Assembly (NCBI GenBank): GCA_963718615.1
Contig: OY970368.1
Coordinates: 4,064,001-4,128,000 of the forward strand
DNA length: 64,000 bases
DNA from: an uncultured cyanobacterium
GTDB lineage: Bacteria > Cyanobacteriota > Cyanobacteriia > PCC-9006 > JAAUQQ01
Direction: 5' to 3'
This document shows, one piece after another, positions 1-12,149 of this stretch. The notes beneath the pieces were generated by a model that saw only the letters and a program-made list of their open reading frames with translations, made no database searches and was not told where the DNA came from. Position numbers and translations under genes: made by a program. Each line of letters starts with the position of its first letter. Within the stretch, counting starts at the first letter, position 1.

Positions 1-195
1 GCGTCTTGCTCGAACCGTTTGAGGCGTTTCTAGCGGTATGCTCAGCTCATCTACCGATAATTGCCAGCCATTTGATAGTGTAAAGACATGGGTATTTCCA
101 CTGTGGACTTGAGTCACCACTTCTTCTTCTAGATCTTTTTTGGGAACATAGATCATCAACTGGCCACTGCGATTGGTATGGAGAGTAATTTTCAT
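1..195 (-). CDS. nifT: NifT/FixU protein (3' end runs off the window)
   Basis: Manual translation from ATG at 195: MKITLHTNRSGQLMIYVPKKDLEEEVV...FTLSNGWQL...PQTVRARR. YVPKKDLEE and L.NGW are NifT motifs; lies downstream of nifV. Not in the ORF track. Confidence 0.85.
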   Translation of the reverse strand, partial: MKITLHTNRSGQLMIYVPKKDLEEEVVTQVHSGNTHVFTLSNGWQLSVDELSIPLETPQTVRARR

Positions 196-325
196 GGTAA
201 TCAGATCACGAAGTGATAAAGATAAGAAGCGATGAGAAGCAAACAATCTTTGATCGATGGAATCAATTAAGTCAATTGAGTTAATACCGGGTAGCTTAAT
301 CATGCTAAGCCCCAGAATTTAGTAT

Positions 326-1471
326 CTAACTACAGAGAGACTGCTGCCGGTCCATCTTGCCCACCAGAGCCAAAAGCTCATCGAGAGAAAGGTCGCGTTT
401 GAGCTGGGTGGCGCGATCGCGAACCGCATATAACAGAGATTGGCTTTCCTCCTTATCTAAGACAATGCCATAACCTTGCAAAACCCAACCCAGCAGGTGT
501 CGACCGGAATGTTTACCAATCACCAAACGTCGATGTCCTCCTACCTCTTCAGGATCAAAGGGTTCGTAGCTGTCGGGAGATTGCAAAACACCATGGGTAT
601 GGATGCCGGATTCGTGGGCAAAGCTGTTTTGACCAACGATCGCTTTCCAAGGGGGAACCGGCGTATTAACTATTTTTGCCACAAAGCGGGATAAAGGTAA
701 TAACTGTTGCGTTCGAATTCCAGTTTTCAATCCATAAATCTGTTTGAGCCCCATAACCACCTCTTCAAGGGCAGCATTTCCGGCCCGTTCTCCCAATCCA
801 TTAACCGTAGTGTTCACTGAAGTTGCGCCCGCACGAACCCCGGCAAGGGCATTCGCAGTAGCTAAACCCAAGTCGTTGTGCGTGTGCATTTCGATAGGGA
901 TATCCAGCGCGGCCACCAACTTTTGAATCTTATTAAAGGTGGAGAATGGATCCAAAATGCCGACGGTATCACAAAAGCGAAAGCGGAATGCTCCCCACTC
1001 CTGGGCAAACTGAGCCACGTCAAGCAAAAAGTTTTCGTCTGCGCGTGAACTGTCTTCCCCCCCAATACTGACTTCAAGGCCATGGTCGCGTGCAAAGGTA
1101 ATCACATTTCGCAATTGCTCCAGCATGTAAGACCAACGTCCCTGAAATTTAATTTGAATCTGGCTATCGGAAACGGGAATTGAAATATGAACTCGTTTGA
1201 GCCCACAGTAAATTGAAGCTTCGACATCTGCAATAACGGCACGATTCCAGCCTAAAAGTTGAGCATTGAGACCCAGATCGACGATGGCTCGAATAGAGTC
1301 GGCTTCTTCTCGTCCCATAATGGGAATGCCGACTTCTAATTCTTGTACCCCAAGGGTATCGAGAAATTGAGCGATCGCAACCTTTTCTTCAAGCCCAAAG
1401 GCAACACCTGCGGCCTGTTCACCATCCCGCAGGGTGGTATCGTTGATGGAGATAGAGGAGGAGGTTGTCAT
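326..1471 (-). CDS. nifV: Homocitrate synthase
   Basis: [16 protein letters not shown] and [15 protein letters not shown] motifs; nif context. Confidence 0.95.
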   Translation of the reverse strand: MTTSSSISINDTTLRDGEQAAGVAFGLEEKVAIAQFLDTLGVQELEVGIPIMGREEADSIRAIVDLGLNAQLLGWNRAVIADVEASIYCGLKRVHISIPVSDSQIQIKFQGRWSYMLEQLRNVITFARDHGLEVSIGGEDSSRADENFLLDVAQFAQEWGAFRFRFCDTVGILDPFSTFNKIQKLVAALDIPIEMHTHNDLGLATANALAGVRAGATSVNTTVNGLGERAGNAALEEVVMGLKQIYGLKTGIRTQQLLPLSRFVAKIVNTPVPPWKAIVGQNSFAHESGIHTHGVLQSPDSYEPFDPEEVGGHRRLVIGKHSGRHLLGWVLQGYGIVLDKEESQSLLYAVRDRATQLKRDLSLDELLALVGKMDRQQSLCS

Positions 1472-2208
1472 GGCACCAAGGGGGAGGAAAAGGATTCGGT
1501 CAGGGTTTGGAGTTGTTGTTCGAGGACTTCGATTCGATCGATTAGTTGGCGTAGGGTTGTCGCCTCAACATCAGGAAGCTGGCCATGCTCTAGCGGTGTC
1601 CTTTGGGTGTTGCAGCCACAAACATTGCGGCTGGGCACGCCGACAGCGGTGCAGTTGGCGGGGATATCTTTGAGGACAATGGAACCCGCACCAATCCGGG
1701 CGCGATCGCCGACCTGAATATTACCCAGAATTTTGGCTCCAGCACCAATCACAACGTGACTTCCCACCGTAGGATGACGTTTACCGGTTTGTTTACCGGT
1801 ACCGCCCAGGGTAACGCCTTGGTAAATCAGCGTGTAGTCTCCCACAATCGCCGTTTCACCGATGACAACGCCCATGCCGTGATCAATAAATAAACCTCGA
1901 CCAAGCTGAGCAGCGGGATGAATTTCGATCCCCGTTAAGAGGCGACTGACGTGAGCAATCAGACGAGGCAAAAAGCTAACTCCCCGCTGGTGGAGCCAAT
2001 GGGCTAGGCGATGGGCTGTGATGGCATGAAGACCGGGATAACAGCAGAGTACTTCTAACCAATGGTGAGCAGCGGGATCCCGCTCGAAGATAATATTGAA
2101 ATCGTCCCAGGTTAAACATTGATGGGTTAGGCGACGGGTCAAGCGGATCAAGTTATTCCGAAGGTTAACGCGGGGTAGACCCGCAAAACAATGGGCGGAT
2201 AGAAACAT
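1468..2208 (-). CDS. cysE: Serine O-acetyltransferase (nif-associated CysE/NifP)
   Basis: [25 protein letters not shown] and GKRHPT hexapeptide-repeat motifs; 4-nt overlap with the nifV start. Confidence 0.92.
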   Translation of the reverse strand: MFLSAHCFAGLPRVNLRNNLIRLTRRLTHQCLTWDDFNIIFERDPAAHHWLEVLCCYPGLHAITAHRLAHWLHQRGVSFLPRLIAHVSRLLTGIEIHPAAQLGRGLFIDHGMGVVIGETAIVGDYTLIYQGVTLGGTGKQTGKRHPTVGSHVVIGAGAKILGNIQVGDRARIGAGSIVLKDIPANCTAVGVPSRNVCGCNTQRTPLEHGQLPDVEATTLRQLIDRIEVLEQQLQTLTESFSSPLVP

Positions 2209-2303
2209 GGCGGCGGTGAGGTGCGTTTATTTGCTTATAGCAGCCATGGGATTTGGGCGATCGCTCCCTCAAGCCCATCCGAATTCACTAGAATGATTAC
2301 CGC

Positions 2304-2971
2304 TGTACTCACCGCCTCAATCGCTGATAGGATAAGGCTTAGATTTTTTCTCTAGGGGATAGGTACGAGAATTTTAGGGCTTACGACCAGGTATTTTTGC
2401 AGGAGGGGACAGGTATTCTGTACTCAACCCTCTCTTCCTTTCCCGTCGGTTTTTAGTGCTTAATCAGGCAAAACCAAACACCTGCTTTTGATGTACTCAA
2501 AGTGCTAAGCACTAAAATCTTTCCAAGCACTCGGAGAGAGTAATGGTTAAAAGTGTAGCAGATTTGGCAGATTTTCCCGATAACGCTTTAGCAAGCCTTA
2601 AGCTTGAAATGGGTCTGGATGGATTACCTTTACAGATTTTAACAAGCAAACGGTGACGGTTGTTACGAAAGAATTTAAAATATGAAGTAGTCGATACAGA
2701 AAGATCTCGGTTGAAGTTTTTGAGCAATAATCCTGATATGAAGTTTGCATCAAAAGTGACAAAACTGATTCATTTGAGTACTCAAGATTTGGCTTCGAGA
2801 AAAGTCGCTAAAGTGGCCTAAATCCCTTACAGAACAAGGAAAGTAGCTGAGTACAACAATCATCGAACAAAGGCAAGAAAAAGCTAGTTCATTCTCTTGA
2901 AAATACCTGTGCCCTAATCCCCAAAAAAAATTCCTATTCTAGGGCTGTAAGGGTTTCAAGGACTGAGTACA
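2304..2971. promoter_or_regulatory. Array of TGAGTAC(A) motifs in the nifP-nifB divergent promoter (CnfR/PatB-type cis elements)
   Basis: TGTACTCA at 2304, 2419 and 2492; palindrome TTGAGTACTCAA at 2774; TGAGTACA at 2848 and 2964. Confidence 0.75.
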
Positions 2972-3077
2972 GTGCTAATCATTTAATCAATCCTATCGGC
3001 TTCCGGCCAGGAGGCTGCCAGGGATAGTGTTGCTATAACGTCTTCAACGTCCAGCACTCCCTCACCTCCTGAAGCCC

Positions 3078-4538
3078 ATGACGCCTCCGCAAGAAACAGT
3101 TTTATTGGACAAAACATCGGAGAACTGCGGCTGTAGCACAAAAAACGATGCTCCTAACGGCATTAGTGAAGCCATGCAGGCCCGCATCGATAAGCATCCC
3201 TGCTACAGCGAAGAAGCTCACCATCACTACGCCCGCATGCATGTTGCTGTGGCTCCTGCCTGCAATATTCAATGTAACTACTGCAACCGTAAGTATGACT
3301 GTGCGAATGAAAGTCGTCCTGGTGTAGTGAGTGAACTCCTAACCCCTGAAGAAGCCGCCCATAAGGTTCTCGTGGTTGCGGGTAAAATCCCTCAAATGAC
3401 AGTGCTTGGCATCGCCGGACCGGGTGATCCCCTGGCCAACCCGGAAAGAACCTTCCGCACGTTTGAGCTGATTGCAGAGCAGGCTCCTGATATTAAACTT
3501 TGCCTCTCTACCAATGGCTTGATGCTGCCCGACTATGTTGATCGCATCAAACAGCTCAATGTTGACCATGTCACGATCACCATTAATATGGTTGATCCTG
3601 AAATTGGAGAAAAAATCTATCCCTGGGTGCACTACCGCCGCAAGCGCTACCGGGGCATCGAAGGGGTTCGCATTCTGCACGAGCGCCAAATGGAAGGATT
3701 GGAAGCCCTCCGGGATGCGGACATTCTCTGTAAAGTCAATTCAGTGCTAATTCCCGGTGTGAATGATGAACATATGCCAGAGGTGAATAAGGCCATTCGC
3801 GATCGCGGAGCTTTCCTTCACAATATTATGCCCTTGATTTCAGCCCCAGAGCACGGGACCTACTTTGGCCTCAATGGTCAACGCGGACCCAATCCCAAGG
3901 AACTGAAAGCGGTCCAAGATAAGTGCTCTGGCAACATGAAGTTGATGCGTCACTGTCGTCAATGTCGGGCAGATGCCGTGGGATTATTGGGTGAAGACCG
4001 CAGCCAAGAATTCACCAAAAATAAGTTTATGGAAATGACGGCGGATTACGACCTTGAAAAGCGTCAAGCCGTGCATCTGGGTATCGAGCATGCCAAAGCT
4101 GTAGTGGCTGAGAAAAAGCAGGCCAGCACGGCTCAGGTTCAACTTCCAGGTCACAGCTCTCCCAAAATTTTGGTTGCCGTTGCATCTAAAGGTGGCGGAT
4201 TGGTCAATCAACATTTTGGCCATGCTAAGGAATTCATGATTTATGAAGTCGATGCCATGGAAGCGAAGTTTGTGAGCCACCGCAAAGTGGCAGATTATTG
4301 CCAAGGGGGCTACGGCGAAGAGGCTATGCTCAAGGGCATTATCGAGACGATTTCCGACTGTACTGCTGTTCTTGCAGCTAAGATTGGCCCCTGCCCTCAG
4401 AAAAAGCTTAAAGCGGCAGGGCTCAAAGTCGTTGAAGCCTACGACGTGATTGAAACCGTTGCCCGACAGGTTTATGACGAGCAGTTTTTGAATCAACCCC
4501 TGTCCTGCGAACTGCCTCAGCCTCAATCTGTTTGCTAG
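3078..4538 (+). CDS. nifB: FeMo-cofactor biosynthesis radical SAM protein NifB
   Basis: [12 protein letters not shown] radical SAM motif, CRQCRADA, C-terminal NifX-like domain (NQHFGHA). Confidence 0.98.
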   Translation: MTPPQETVLLDKTSENCGCSTKNDAPNGISEAMQARIDKHPCYSEEAHHHYARMHVAVAPACNIQCNYCNRKYDCANESRPGVVSELLTPEEAAHKVLVVAGKIPQMTVLGIAGPGDPLANPERTFRTFELIAEQAPDIKLCLSTNGLMLPDYVDRIKQLNVDHVTITINMVDPEIGEKIYPWVHYRRKRYRGIEGVRILHERQMEGLEALRDADILCKVNSVLIPGVNDEHMPEVNKAIRDRGAFLHNIMPLISAPEHGTYFGLNGQRGPNPKELKAVQDKCSGNMKLMRHCRQCRADAVGLLGEDRSQEFTKNKFMEMTADYDLEKRQAVHLGIEHAKAVVAEKKQASTAQVQLPGHSSPKILVAVASKGGGLVNQHFGHAKEFMIYEVDAMEAKFVSHRKVADYCQGGYGEEAMLKGIIETISDCTAVLAAKIGPCPQKKLKAAGLKVVEAYDVIETVARQVYDEQFLNQPLSCELPQPQSVC

Positions 4539-4609
4539 CCAACTCAGCGCAAATCTACAGCAAATTCACAGTAAATTCACAGCAAAACCGTTTAAGGAGG
4601 AAGCGAGCC

Positions 4610-4999
4610 ATGGGCTATACCATCACCGAAGACTGTATTGGATGCCAACGCTGCCTGTCCGTCTGTCCCAAAGGCGCAATTGAAACCGATGGCTCGCGTT
4701 TTTGGATTGAAGTTAGCCGTTGCGACCAATGCCAAGACTCCTATGGTCTTTCCCAATGCTGGGCTATCTGCCCCACGAACGAAGGCTGTATTCCCTTAAC
4801 CCGCGTTACAGAAACTTACCTGACTCATCCTGTCGGAGATTACTGGGAATCTTGGTTTTCCACCTACGAACAGCTTTTGACTCGACTGAAAAGTAAGCAG
4901 CGATCGCCTTACTGGCAACAGTGGTTTAACTTGTATTCACAACGTCTGCATTCACTTCAAACCCAAGACTCTTCAGCAAATTTATCCGTTTCAATCTAA
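4610..4999 (+). CDS. fdxN: Ferredoxin FdxN
   Basis: CIGCQRCLSVCP and CDQC...CWAICP; AGGAGG RBS before ATG 4610; between nifB and nifS. Confidence 0.9.
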   Translation: MGYTITEDCIGCQRCLSVCPKGAIETDGSRFWIEVSRCDQCQDSYGLSQCWAICPTNEGCIPLTRVTETYLTHPVGDYWESWFSTYEQLLTRLKSKQRSPYWQQWFNLYSQRLHSLQTQDSSANLSVSI

Positions 5000-5081
5000 G
5001 TCACTTTCTGTTTTCTTCTCACCGTATTTGCAAGATTCTATCTCTTCCCTTTCCTCAAACACCCCCTGCGGAGCCCAAGCC

Positions 5082-6278
5082 ATGGTGATCTATTTCGATA
5101 ACAACGCCACCACCCAAATTGACCCAGTTGTGCTGGATGCCATGTTGCCCTATCTCAGCACGTTCTATGGCAATCCTTCCTCCATGCACAGCTTTGGAGG
5201 ACAGGTTGGGGCCGCAATTCAAAATGCCAGAGCTCAAGTGGCAGAACTTTTAGGGGCTGAAGATACGGAAATTGTATTTACAAGTTGTGGCAGCGAAAGC
5301 AACAATACCGCTATCCATGCAGCCCTCGCAGCTCAGCCCAAGAAGCGCCATATTGTTACTACGGCGGTTGAGCATCCTGCCGTCCTCAGCGTCTGTAAAC
5401 AGCTAGAGAAAAAAGGCTACAGCGTCACGTACCTCTCCGTGGATCGTCGGGGTCAGCTCGATCTCCTAGAGCTGGAGGCAGCCATGACCGGAGGCACGGC
5501 ATTGGTCACGACGATGTATGCCAACAATGAAACAGGCGTCATTTTCCCGGTAGAGCAGATTGGGGCGATCGCCAAAGAATACGGTGCCGTTTTCCATGTT
5601 GATGCCGTGCAGGCAGTCGGAAAGTTGCCTATCAATCTAAAATGTAGTACCATTGATTTGCTGACGCTCTCAGGCCATAAATTACACGCACCCAAGGGTA
5701 TTGGGGCACTCTATATTCGGCGAGGTTTCCATTTTCGTCCATTCCTCCTAGGAGGGCACCAAGAACGAGGACGACGAGCGGGCACCCAGAATGTTGCAGG
5801 AATTGTGGCTTTGGGTAAAGCGGCTGAGCTCGCCCACCAGCATCTGCCTCAGATCGGCCAAGAAGAAAGATTACGCAATCGGTTAGAAACACAACTGCTC
5901 TCCCTCATCCCTGATTGTGAGGTGAATGGTGCAGGCACTTCCCGTTTGCCCAACACGAGCAGTATCGGCTTTAAATACATCGAAGGAGAAGCAATTCTGC
6001 TCATGCTCGACAAGCATGAAATTTGTGCCTCCTCAGGGTCTGCCTGTACATCAGGCTCCCTCGATCCCTCCCATGTTTTGATGGCAATGGGGTTGCCCTA
6101 CACGATTTTGCACGGCTCGATTCGGTTCAGTTTGTCACGGTTTACTACAGAGGCCGAAGTCCAGCATGTGATCACTGTGATGCCAGAACTTGTCCAAAAA
6201 CTACGAGCTATTTCACCCTTTAATAATGATGAGTCCGATTGGCTACAAAGCCGTGATCTAGCTGTACAAACTGCATAG
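5082..6278 (+). CDS. nifS: Cysteine desulfurase NifS
   Basis: YFDNNATT, SGHKLHAPKG (PLP lysine), SSGSACTS; ATG 5082 preferred over TTG 5028. Confidence 0.96.
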   Translation: MVIYFDNNATTQIDPVVLDAMLPYLSTFYGNPSSMHSFGGQVGAAIQNARAQVAELLGAEDTEIVFTSCGSESNNTAIHAALAAQPKKRHIVTTAVEHPAVLSVCKQLEKKGYSVTYLSVDRRGQLDLLELEAAMTGGTALVTTMYANNETGVIFPVEQIGAIAKEYGAVFHVDAVQAVGKLPINLKCSTIDLLTLSGHKLHAPKGIGALYIRRGFHFRPFLLGGHQERGRRAGTQNVAGIVALGKAAELAHQHLPQIGQEERLRNRLETQLLSLIPDCEVNGAGTSRLPNTSSIGFKYIEGEAILLMLDKHEICASSGSACTSGSLDPSHVLMAMGLPYTILHGSIRFSLSRFTTEAEVQHVITVMPELVQKLRAISPFNNDESDWLQSRDLAVQTA

Positions 6279-6340
6279 ATCTTCCCTCAATTCTCAATCT
6301 TATTAACTCGATTCTCCACTTCATCACCCCGGTAAAAGCC

Positions 6341-7213
6341 ATGTGGGACTATTCCGAAAAAGTACTTGAACTGTTCTATAATCCGATCAACCAAGGGGTG
6401 ATCGCTGAGCCAAACGAACCTGATATTGCAGTGGTCTACGGTGAGGTTGGTAGTATCTCCTGTGGTGATGCCTTACGGCTACATCTGAAGATTCAGGAAT
6501 CGACGGAAACTATTTTAGATTCCCGATTTCAGACCTTTGGTTGTACGAGTGCGATCGCCTCCTCATCCGCTTTAACTGAATTAGTCAAAGGTAAAACCCT
6601 TGACGAAGCCCTGCAAATTACCAATCAAGATATTGCTGCGTATCTCGGAGGCTTGCCAGAAGCCAAAATGCACTGTTCTGTCATGGGTCAAGAGGCCCTT
6701 GAAGCTGCGATTTATAAATATCGAGGCATCGAGGTAGAGCACCATGAGGATGACGAAGGCACAATTGTTTGCTCTTGCTTTGGCATCACTGAACCTCGCA
6801 TTCGTCGTGTCATTATCGAAAATGATCTTGACACCATCGAGCAAGTCACTAATTATATTAAGGCAGGCGGAGGTTGTGGATCTTGTCTAGCCAACATTGA
6901 CGATGTTCTCAGTGAAATTCGGCAAGAACGCACCGCCCTCTCAGCCCGTGTCGAGGCTGAAGTCGCAACAGCGCCACTAACACCCATTCAAAAGATTAAC
7001 CGCATTCAAACCGTCCTCTCCGAGGAAATTCGCCCAATTCTGATTGCTGACGGTGGCGATGTTGAACTCTACGACGTGAATGGCGACATCGTGCAGGTAC
7101 AACTTAAAGGCGCTTGTGGCTCCTGTGCCAGTAGCACAGCAACGCTGAAAGGCGCGATCGAAACTCGTCTCAGAGCCCATGTTTCCCCGACCTTAACGGT
7201 CGTCGCAGTTTAG
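6341..7213 (+). CDS. nifU: Fe-S scaffold NifU
   Basis: CGD/FGC/KMHCS IscU domain, CSC...CGSC 2Fe-2S domain, GACGSC Nfu domain. Confidence 0.97.
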   Translation: MWDYSEKVLELFYNPINQGVIAEPNEPDIAVVYGEVGSISCGDALRLHLKIQESTETILDSRFQTFGCTSAIASSSALTELVKGKTLDEALQITNQDIAAYLGGLPEAKMHCSVMGQEALEAAIYKYRGIEVEHHEDDEGTIVCSCFGITEPRIRRVIIENDLDTIEQVTNYIKAGGGCGSCLANIDDVLSEIRQERTALSARVEAEVATAPLTPIQKINRIQTVLSEEIRPILIADGGDVELYDVNGDIVQVQLKGACGSCASSTATLKGAIETRLRAHVSPTLTVVAV

Positions 7214-7378
7214 TATTTTTGATCCATCTCTAGTTTTGTTTTAACTCTTTCTCAAGGCGGCCTTCACACCGCTGTTTAGCCCATGATCACGCTGCACAAG
7301 ACTTCTACCGTTGAGCGATCGCCTCCATCATCCAGATTATTGCCTCAACAAAAACCTAAATTCGCAACACGACCTTAA

Positions 7379-8269
<891 letters not shown>

Positions 8270-8273
8270 TTTC

Positions 8274-8359
8274 AAGTCGTCTGAGCCTGATCGGTACGGG
8301 TCCAAATCACCTGCGAGTTTGCCTAGGGACATCTCCCGTAACGGCTCAGACTACGACTT
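8274..8359 (+). other. Long imperfect stem-loop in the nifH-nifD spacer
   Basis: Nested complementary arms AAGTCGT/ACGACTT, CTGAGCC/GGCTCAG and TACGGG/CCCGTA. Confidence 0.6.
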
Positions 8360-8407
8360 CTTCGCTCGCCCAGCTAAATTAATCACTCCCGACTTAAAGA
8401 GGGCACT

Positions 8408-9853
8408 ATGGCCACCGTAGAAGACAAAAAGGCACTGCTCCAGGAAGTCCTGGACGCCTATCCAGATAAAGCTAAAAAAAGCCGTTCCAAGCACCTCAAT
8501 GTAACTGAAGAAGGCGCTTCCGACTGCGGCGTTAAGTCCAACAAAAAGTCCGTTCCTGGCGTCATGACTACCCGTGGCTGTGCCTATGCAGGGGCCAAGG
8601 GTGTGGTTTGGGGACCGGTCAAAGACATGATTCACATCAGCCATGGTCCAGTAGGTTGTGGCTACTACTCCTGGTCTGGACGCCGCAACTATTACATCGG
8701 CACCACTGGGGTAGATACCTTTGGAACGATGCAGTTTACCTCCGACTTCCAAGAGCGAGATATCGTCTTTGGAGGTGACAAAAAGCTCGATAAGTTGATT
8801 GATGAACTGGAAGATCTCTTCCCCCTCAGCAAAGGCACGACCATTGAGTCTGAGTGCCCTGTAGGCCTAATTGGAGATGACATCGAAGCCGTAGCCAAGA
8901 AAAAGGCTAAGGAATACAGTAAGCCTGTCGTACCGGTTCGCTGCGAAGGTTTCCGGGGCGTTTCTCAATCCCTCGGCCACCACATTGCTAACGACACCGT
9001 GCGAGATTGGGTTCTACCCAAAGCGGAGGAATACCGCCAATTACCCGAAGGCTTTAAACCGAGTCCCTACGACGTCAACATTATTGGGGACTACAACATT
9101 GGGGGAGATGCTTGGCCCAGCCGCCTCCTGCTAGAAGCGATCGGCCTACGCGTGATTTGCCAATTCTCCGGTGATGGCACATTCAACGAAGTCGTCATGA
9201 CTCCCTTGGCCAAGTTAAATTTGATCCACTGCTACCGTTCCATGAACTACATCTGTCGGTTTATGGAAGAGAAATATGGCATTGGTTGGTTGGAATACAA
9301 CTTCTTTGGTCCTACCGAAATTGCCACGTCTCTGCGCAAGATTGCCGCTCAGTTTGATGAAACTATCCAAGAAAAGGCAGAGCAGGTCATCGCCAGTTAT
9401 CAGGCTCGGATGGATGCGGTCGTTGAAAAATATCGCCCTCGCTTAGAAGGTAAAGAAGTCATGATGATGGTGGGAGGTCTACGTCCTCGCCACATTATTC
9501 CAGCCTTTGAAGACCTTGGCATGAAAGTCATTGGCACTGGCTATGAATTTGGTCACGGTGATGACTATAAACGGACGGCTGAGTATGTAGATGAAGGCAC
9601 TGTCATCTATGACGATGTTAGCGGGTTTGAATTCGAGGAACTGGCGAAGAAACTTCAGCCAGACCTGATTGCCGCTGGCATCAAGGAAAAGTATGTCTTC
9701 CAGAAAATGGCGCTGCCCTTCCGTCAGATGCACTCCTGGGATTACTCCGGCCCTTATCACGGTTACGACGGCTTTGAAGTCTTTGCCCGCGACATGGACT
9801 TAGCCATTAACAATCCCACCTGGGGACTGATCAATCCTCCCTGGCAACAGTAA
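8408..9853 (+). CDS. nifD: Nitrogenase MoFe protein alpha chain
   Basis: [29 protein letters not shown]; no excision element. Confidence 0.99.
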   Translation: MATVEDKKALLQEVLDAYPDKAKKSRSKHLNVTEEGASDCGVKSNKKSVPGVMTTRGCAYAGAKGVVWGPVKDMIHISHGPVGCGYYSWSGRRNYYIGTTGVDTFGTMQFTSDFQERDIVFGGDKKLDKLIDELEDLFPLSKGTTIESECPVGLIGDDIEAVAKKKAKEYSKPVVPVRCEGFRGVSQSLGHHIANDTVRDWVLPKAEEYRQLPEGFKPSPYDVNIIGDYNIGGDAWPSRLLLEAIGLRVICQFSGDGTFNEVVMTPLAKLNLIHCYRSMNYICRFMEEKYGIGWLEYNFFGPTEIATSLRKIAAQFDETIQEKAEQVIASYQARMDAVVEKYRPRLEGKEVMMMVGGLRPRHIIPAFEDLGMKVIGTGYEFGHGDDYKRTAEYVDEGTVIYDDVSGFEFEELAKKLQPDLIAAGIKEKYVFQKMALPFRQMHSWDYSGPYHGYDGFEVFARDMDLAINNPTWGLINPPWQQ

Positions 9854-9873
9854 CGACCCACTAGGAGACTATC

Positions 9874-11442
9874 ATGACTGAGAATACCAATTCCCAGGTC
9901 CCGGAAAATACACCGGAGCTGGGCCAAGTGAAAGATCACTTTGATCTATTCCATACCCAAACCTATCAGGATCTTTTCGAGTACAAGCGTCAATTTGAAG
10001 GCGCTCACAGCCGCGATAAAGTTGCCGAAGTTGCTGAATGGACTAAAGGCTGGGAATACCGGGAAAAGAACTTTTCACGGGAGGCTCTCACGATCAACCC
10101 AGCTAAAGCCTGCCAGCCGCTCGGATCGCTCTTTGTTGCCTCTGGATTTGAAGGGACGTTGCCCTATAGCCATGGCTCCCAAGGTTGCGTCGCCTATTTC
10201 CGGACCCACCTAACTCGCAACTACAAAGAACCCTTCCAAGCGGTTTCATCTTCGATGACAGAAGATGCAGCTGTTTTTGGTGGACTGAGCAACCTCAAGC
10301 AAGGATTGGAAAACGCCTACAAGCTATACAATCCCAAGATGATCGCGCTCTGCACGACCTGTATGGCAGAGGTCATTGGAGACGACATTAGCTCCTTTAT
10401 CCAAACCGCCAAAAACGAGGAATTAATCCCACAAGATCTACCAGTACCTGCGGCTCATACACCTAGCTTTGTCGGCTCCCATATTACGGGTTATGACAAC
10501 ATGCTTTTGAGCATTTTGAAGACGCTCACTGCAGGCAAAAAGACAGAAGCTAGCAATGGAAAGTTCAACTTCAACTTAGGGTTCGATCCCTATATCGGTA
10601 ATATTCGAGAGTTGAAGCGAATCCTCAGCCTTTTTGGCATCGACTACACGATTCTTTCAGACAACTCCGATACGTTTGATTCTCCCAACACAGGTGAATT
10701 CAAAATGTATAATGGGTTAACAACTCTGGAGGATGCTGCCGATTCTATTAACGCAGAAGGAAGTTTCTTCTTCCAAACCTACACCACTCCCAAAACTCAA
10801 GAATACGTTGTCAAAGAATGGGGTCAAAAGACTTACAATTTCCGACCTTTTGGGATTCAGGGCACTGATGAATTTCTGATGGCTTTGTCTGCGATTACGG
10901 GTAAGGCAATTCCACTGGAGCTTCAGCAAGAGCGAGGGCGTGCCGTTGATGCACTAACCGACTCTCAATCCTGGATTCATGGTAAACGTGTTGCGCTCTA
11001 TGGCGATCCCGACCTGGTCATGGGTCTGATTCGCTTCCTCCTAGAAATGGGAGCTGAGCCGGTTCACATTGTTGTCACCAATTCTAACGAAGGGTTTGAA
11101 GCCGAGGCTCGTGAGCTGCTAGCGAGCAGTCCCTATGGCCAAGGCGCAACTGTGTGGGGTAAGAAGGATCTGTGGCACTTGCGATCGCTCATGTTCACCG
11201 AGCCCGTCGATTTATTGATTGGCAACTCCTACGGCAAGTATCTCTGGCGCGATACAGGTACTCCCTTGGTTCGCATTGGCTATCCGATTTTCGATCGCCA
11301 TCACATGCACCGCTATCCAACCCTAGGGTACCAAGGTGCGATCAACCAGTTCAACTGGATTATCAATACGATTCTGGACGAACTCGATCGCAATACGATT
11401 ATCCCCGCAAAAACGGACATCTCGTTCGATTTGATTCGTTAG
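9874..11442 (+). CDS. nifK: Nitrogenase MoFe protein beta chain
   Basis: NPAKACQPLG, HGSQGC, TTCMAEVIGDD, C-terminal FDLIR. Confidence 0.99.
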   Translation: MTENTNSQVPENTPELGQVKDHFDLFHTQTYQDLFEYKRQFEGAHSRDKVAEVAEWTKGWEYREKNFSREALTINPAKACQPLGSLFVASGFEGTLPYSHGSQGCVAYFRTHLTRNYKEPFQAVSSSMTEDAAVFGGLSNLKQGLENAYKLYNPKMIALCTTCMAEVIGDDISSFIQTAKNEELIPQDLPVPAAHTPSFVGSHITGYDNMLLSILKTLTAGKKTEASNGKFNFNLGFDPYIGNIRELKRILSLFGIDYTILSDNSDTFDSPNTGEFKMYNGLTTLEDAADSINAEGSFFFQTYTTPKTQEYVVKEWGQKTYNFRPFGIQGTDEFLMALSAITGKAIPLELQQERGRAVDALTDSQSWIHGKRVALYGDPDLVMGLIRFLLEMGAEPVHIVVTNSNEGFEAEARELLASSPYGQGATVWGKKDLWHLRSLMFTEPVDLLIGNSYGKYLWRDTGTPLVRIGYPIFDRHHMHRYPTLGYQGAINQFNWIINTILDELDRNTIIPAKTDISFDLIR

Positions 11443-11451
11443 TTCATAGAC

Positions 11452-11478
11452 GCAGAGATGTACACCGTACATCTCTGC
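11452..11478. repeat. Perfect 12-bp hairpin after nifK (REP-like or mRNA stabiliser)
   Basis: GCAGAGATGTAC-ACC-GTACATCTCTGC. Confidence 0.7.
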
Positions 11479-11500
11479 CTCGTAATCACAGGAATAGGTT

Positions 11501-11788
11501 ATGCGCTTAAGTGAAGAAGTTGAACTTGATTCTCCTCCCCATTTTGATATGGGCCAACGGGTCCGAGTTTTGAAACTCATCCGCAACGATGGTACTTTTC
11601 CCGGCAAAGATATTGGCTTTCATCTCGCCAAAAAAGGCGATATTGGTTATATCGTTGGCATTGGTACCTACTTGCAACGGGCCTATATTTACTCAGTCCA
11701 TTTCCTAGAAAGTAACTATGTCGTAGGCTGCCTCAGTCGAGAACTCGAACTTGCGGAAGATCGGCAGCCTTTAATTCCCCAAGAATAA
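11501..11788 (+). CDS. nifZ: NifZ
   Basis: IRNDGTFPG, GTYLQ...YSVHF...VVGC. Confidence 0.93.
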   Translation: MRLSEEVELDSPPHFDMGQRVRVLKLIRNDGTFPGKDIGFHLAKKGDIGYIVGIGTYLQRAYIYSVHFLESNYVVGCLSRELELAEDRQPLIPQE

Positions 11789-11807
11789 TTCTCTCCCTGA
11801 GGTTCCT

Positions 11808-12098
11808 ATGACCCGTTTTCTGGCTCCTTCCCAAGTTTTGTTACCAACGCTTCGTATCCAACCACTCGCGCCTTTCAGGGCTTGGATTAATAGAATTGAA
11901 GTCCACCAGAGTTGGTTTGCCCGTTGGGTTTGTCGACTAGTCCCTAATGTTTGTTCCAGGGGCTATGACCTACGATGCCTAGGTTATACGATTTTGCATT
12001 TACCCTCACTGTGCAAACTCAATCCCCTGTATGACGAACTGCTGGATTTGCGGTTTCGGGCCGCTGAATTTCTCTATGAACAGTCTGGAAGCGATTAG
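11808..12098 (+). CDS. Mo-dependent nitrogenase C-terminal domain protein
   Basis: ARWVCRLVPNVC and PSLCKLNPLYDELLDLRFRA match the cyanobacterial Mo-nitro_C pattern. Confidence 0.75.
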   Translation: MTRFLAPSQVLLPTLRIQPLAPFRAWINRIEVHQSWFARWVCRLVPNVCSRGYDLRCLGYTILHLPSLCKLNPLYDELLDLRFRAAEFLYEQSGSD

Positions 12099-12149
12099 CT
12101 TATCTCGCCAACGCTTGATGTAACGCATTCCCACTCACCTGCGATCGCC

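Noticed and set aside
4840-4999. Trp-rich C-terminal extension of FdxN as a novel domain
   Set aside because: The repeated YW..WF..Y tail is normal for cyanobacterial FdxN
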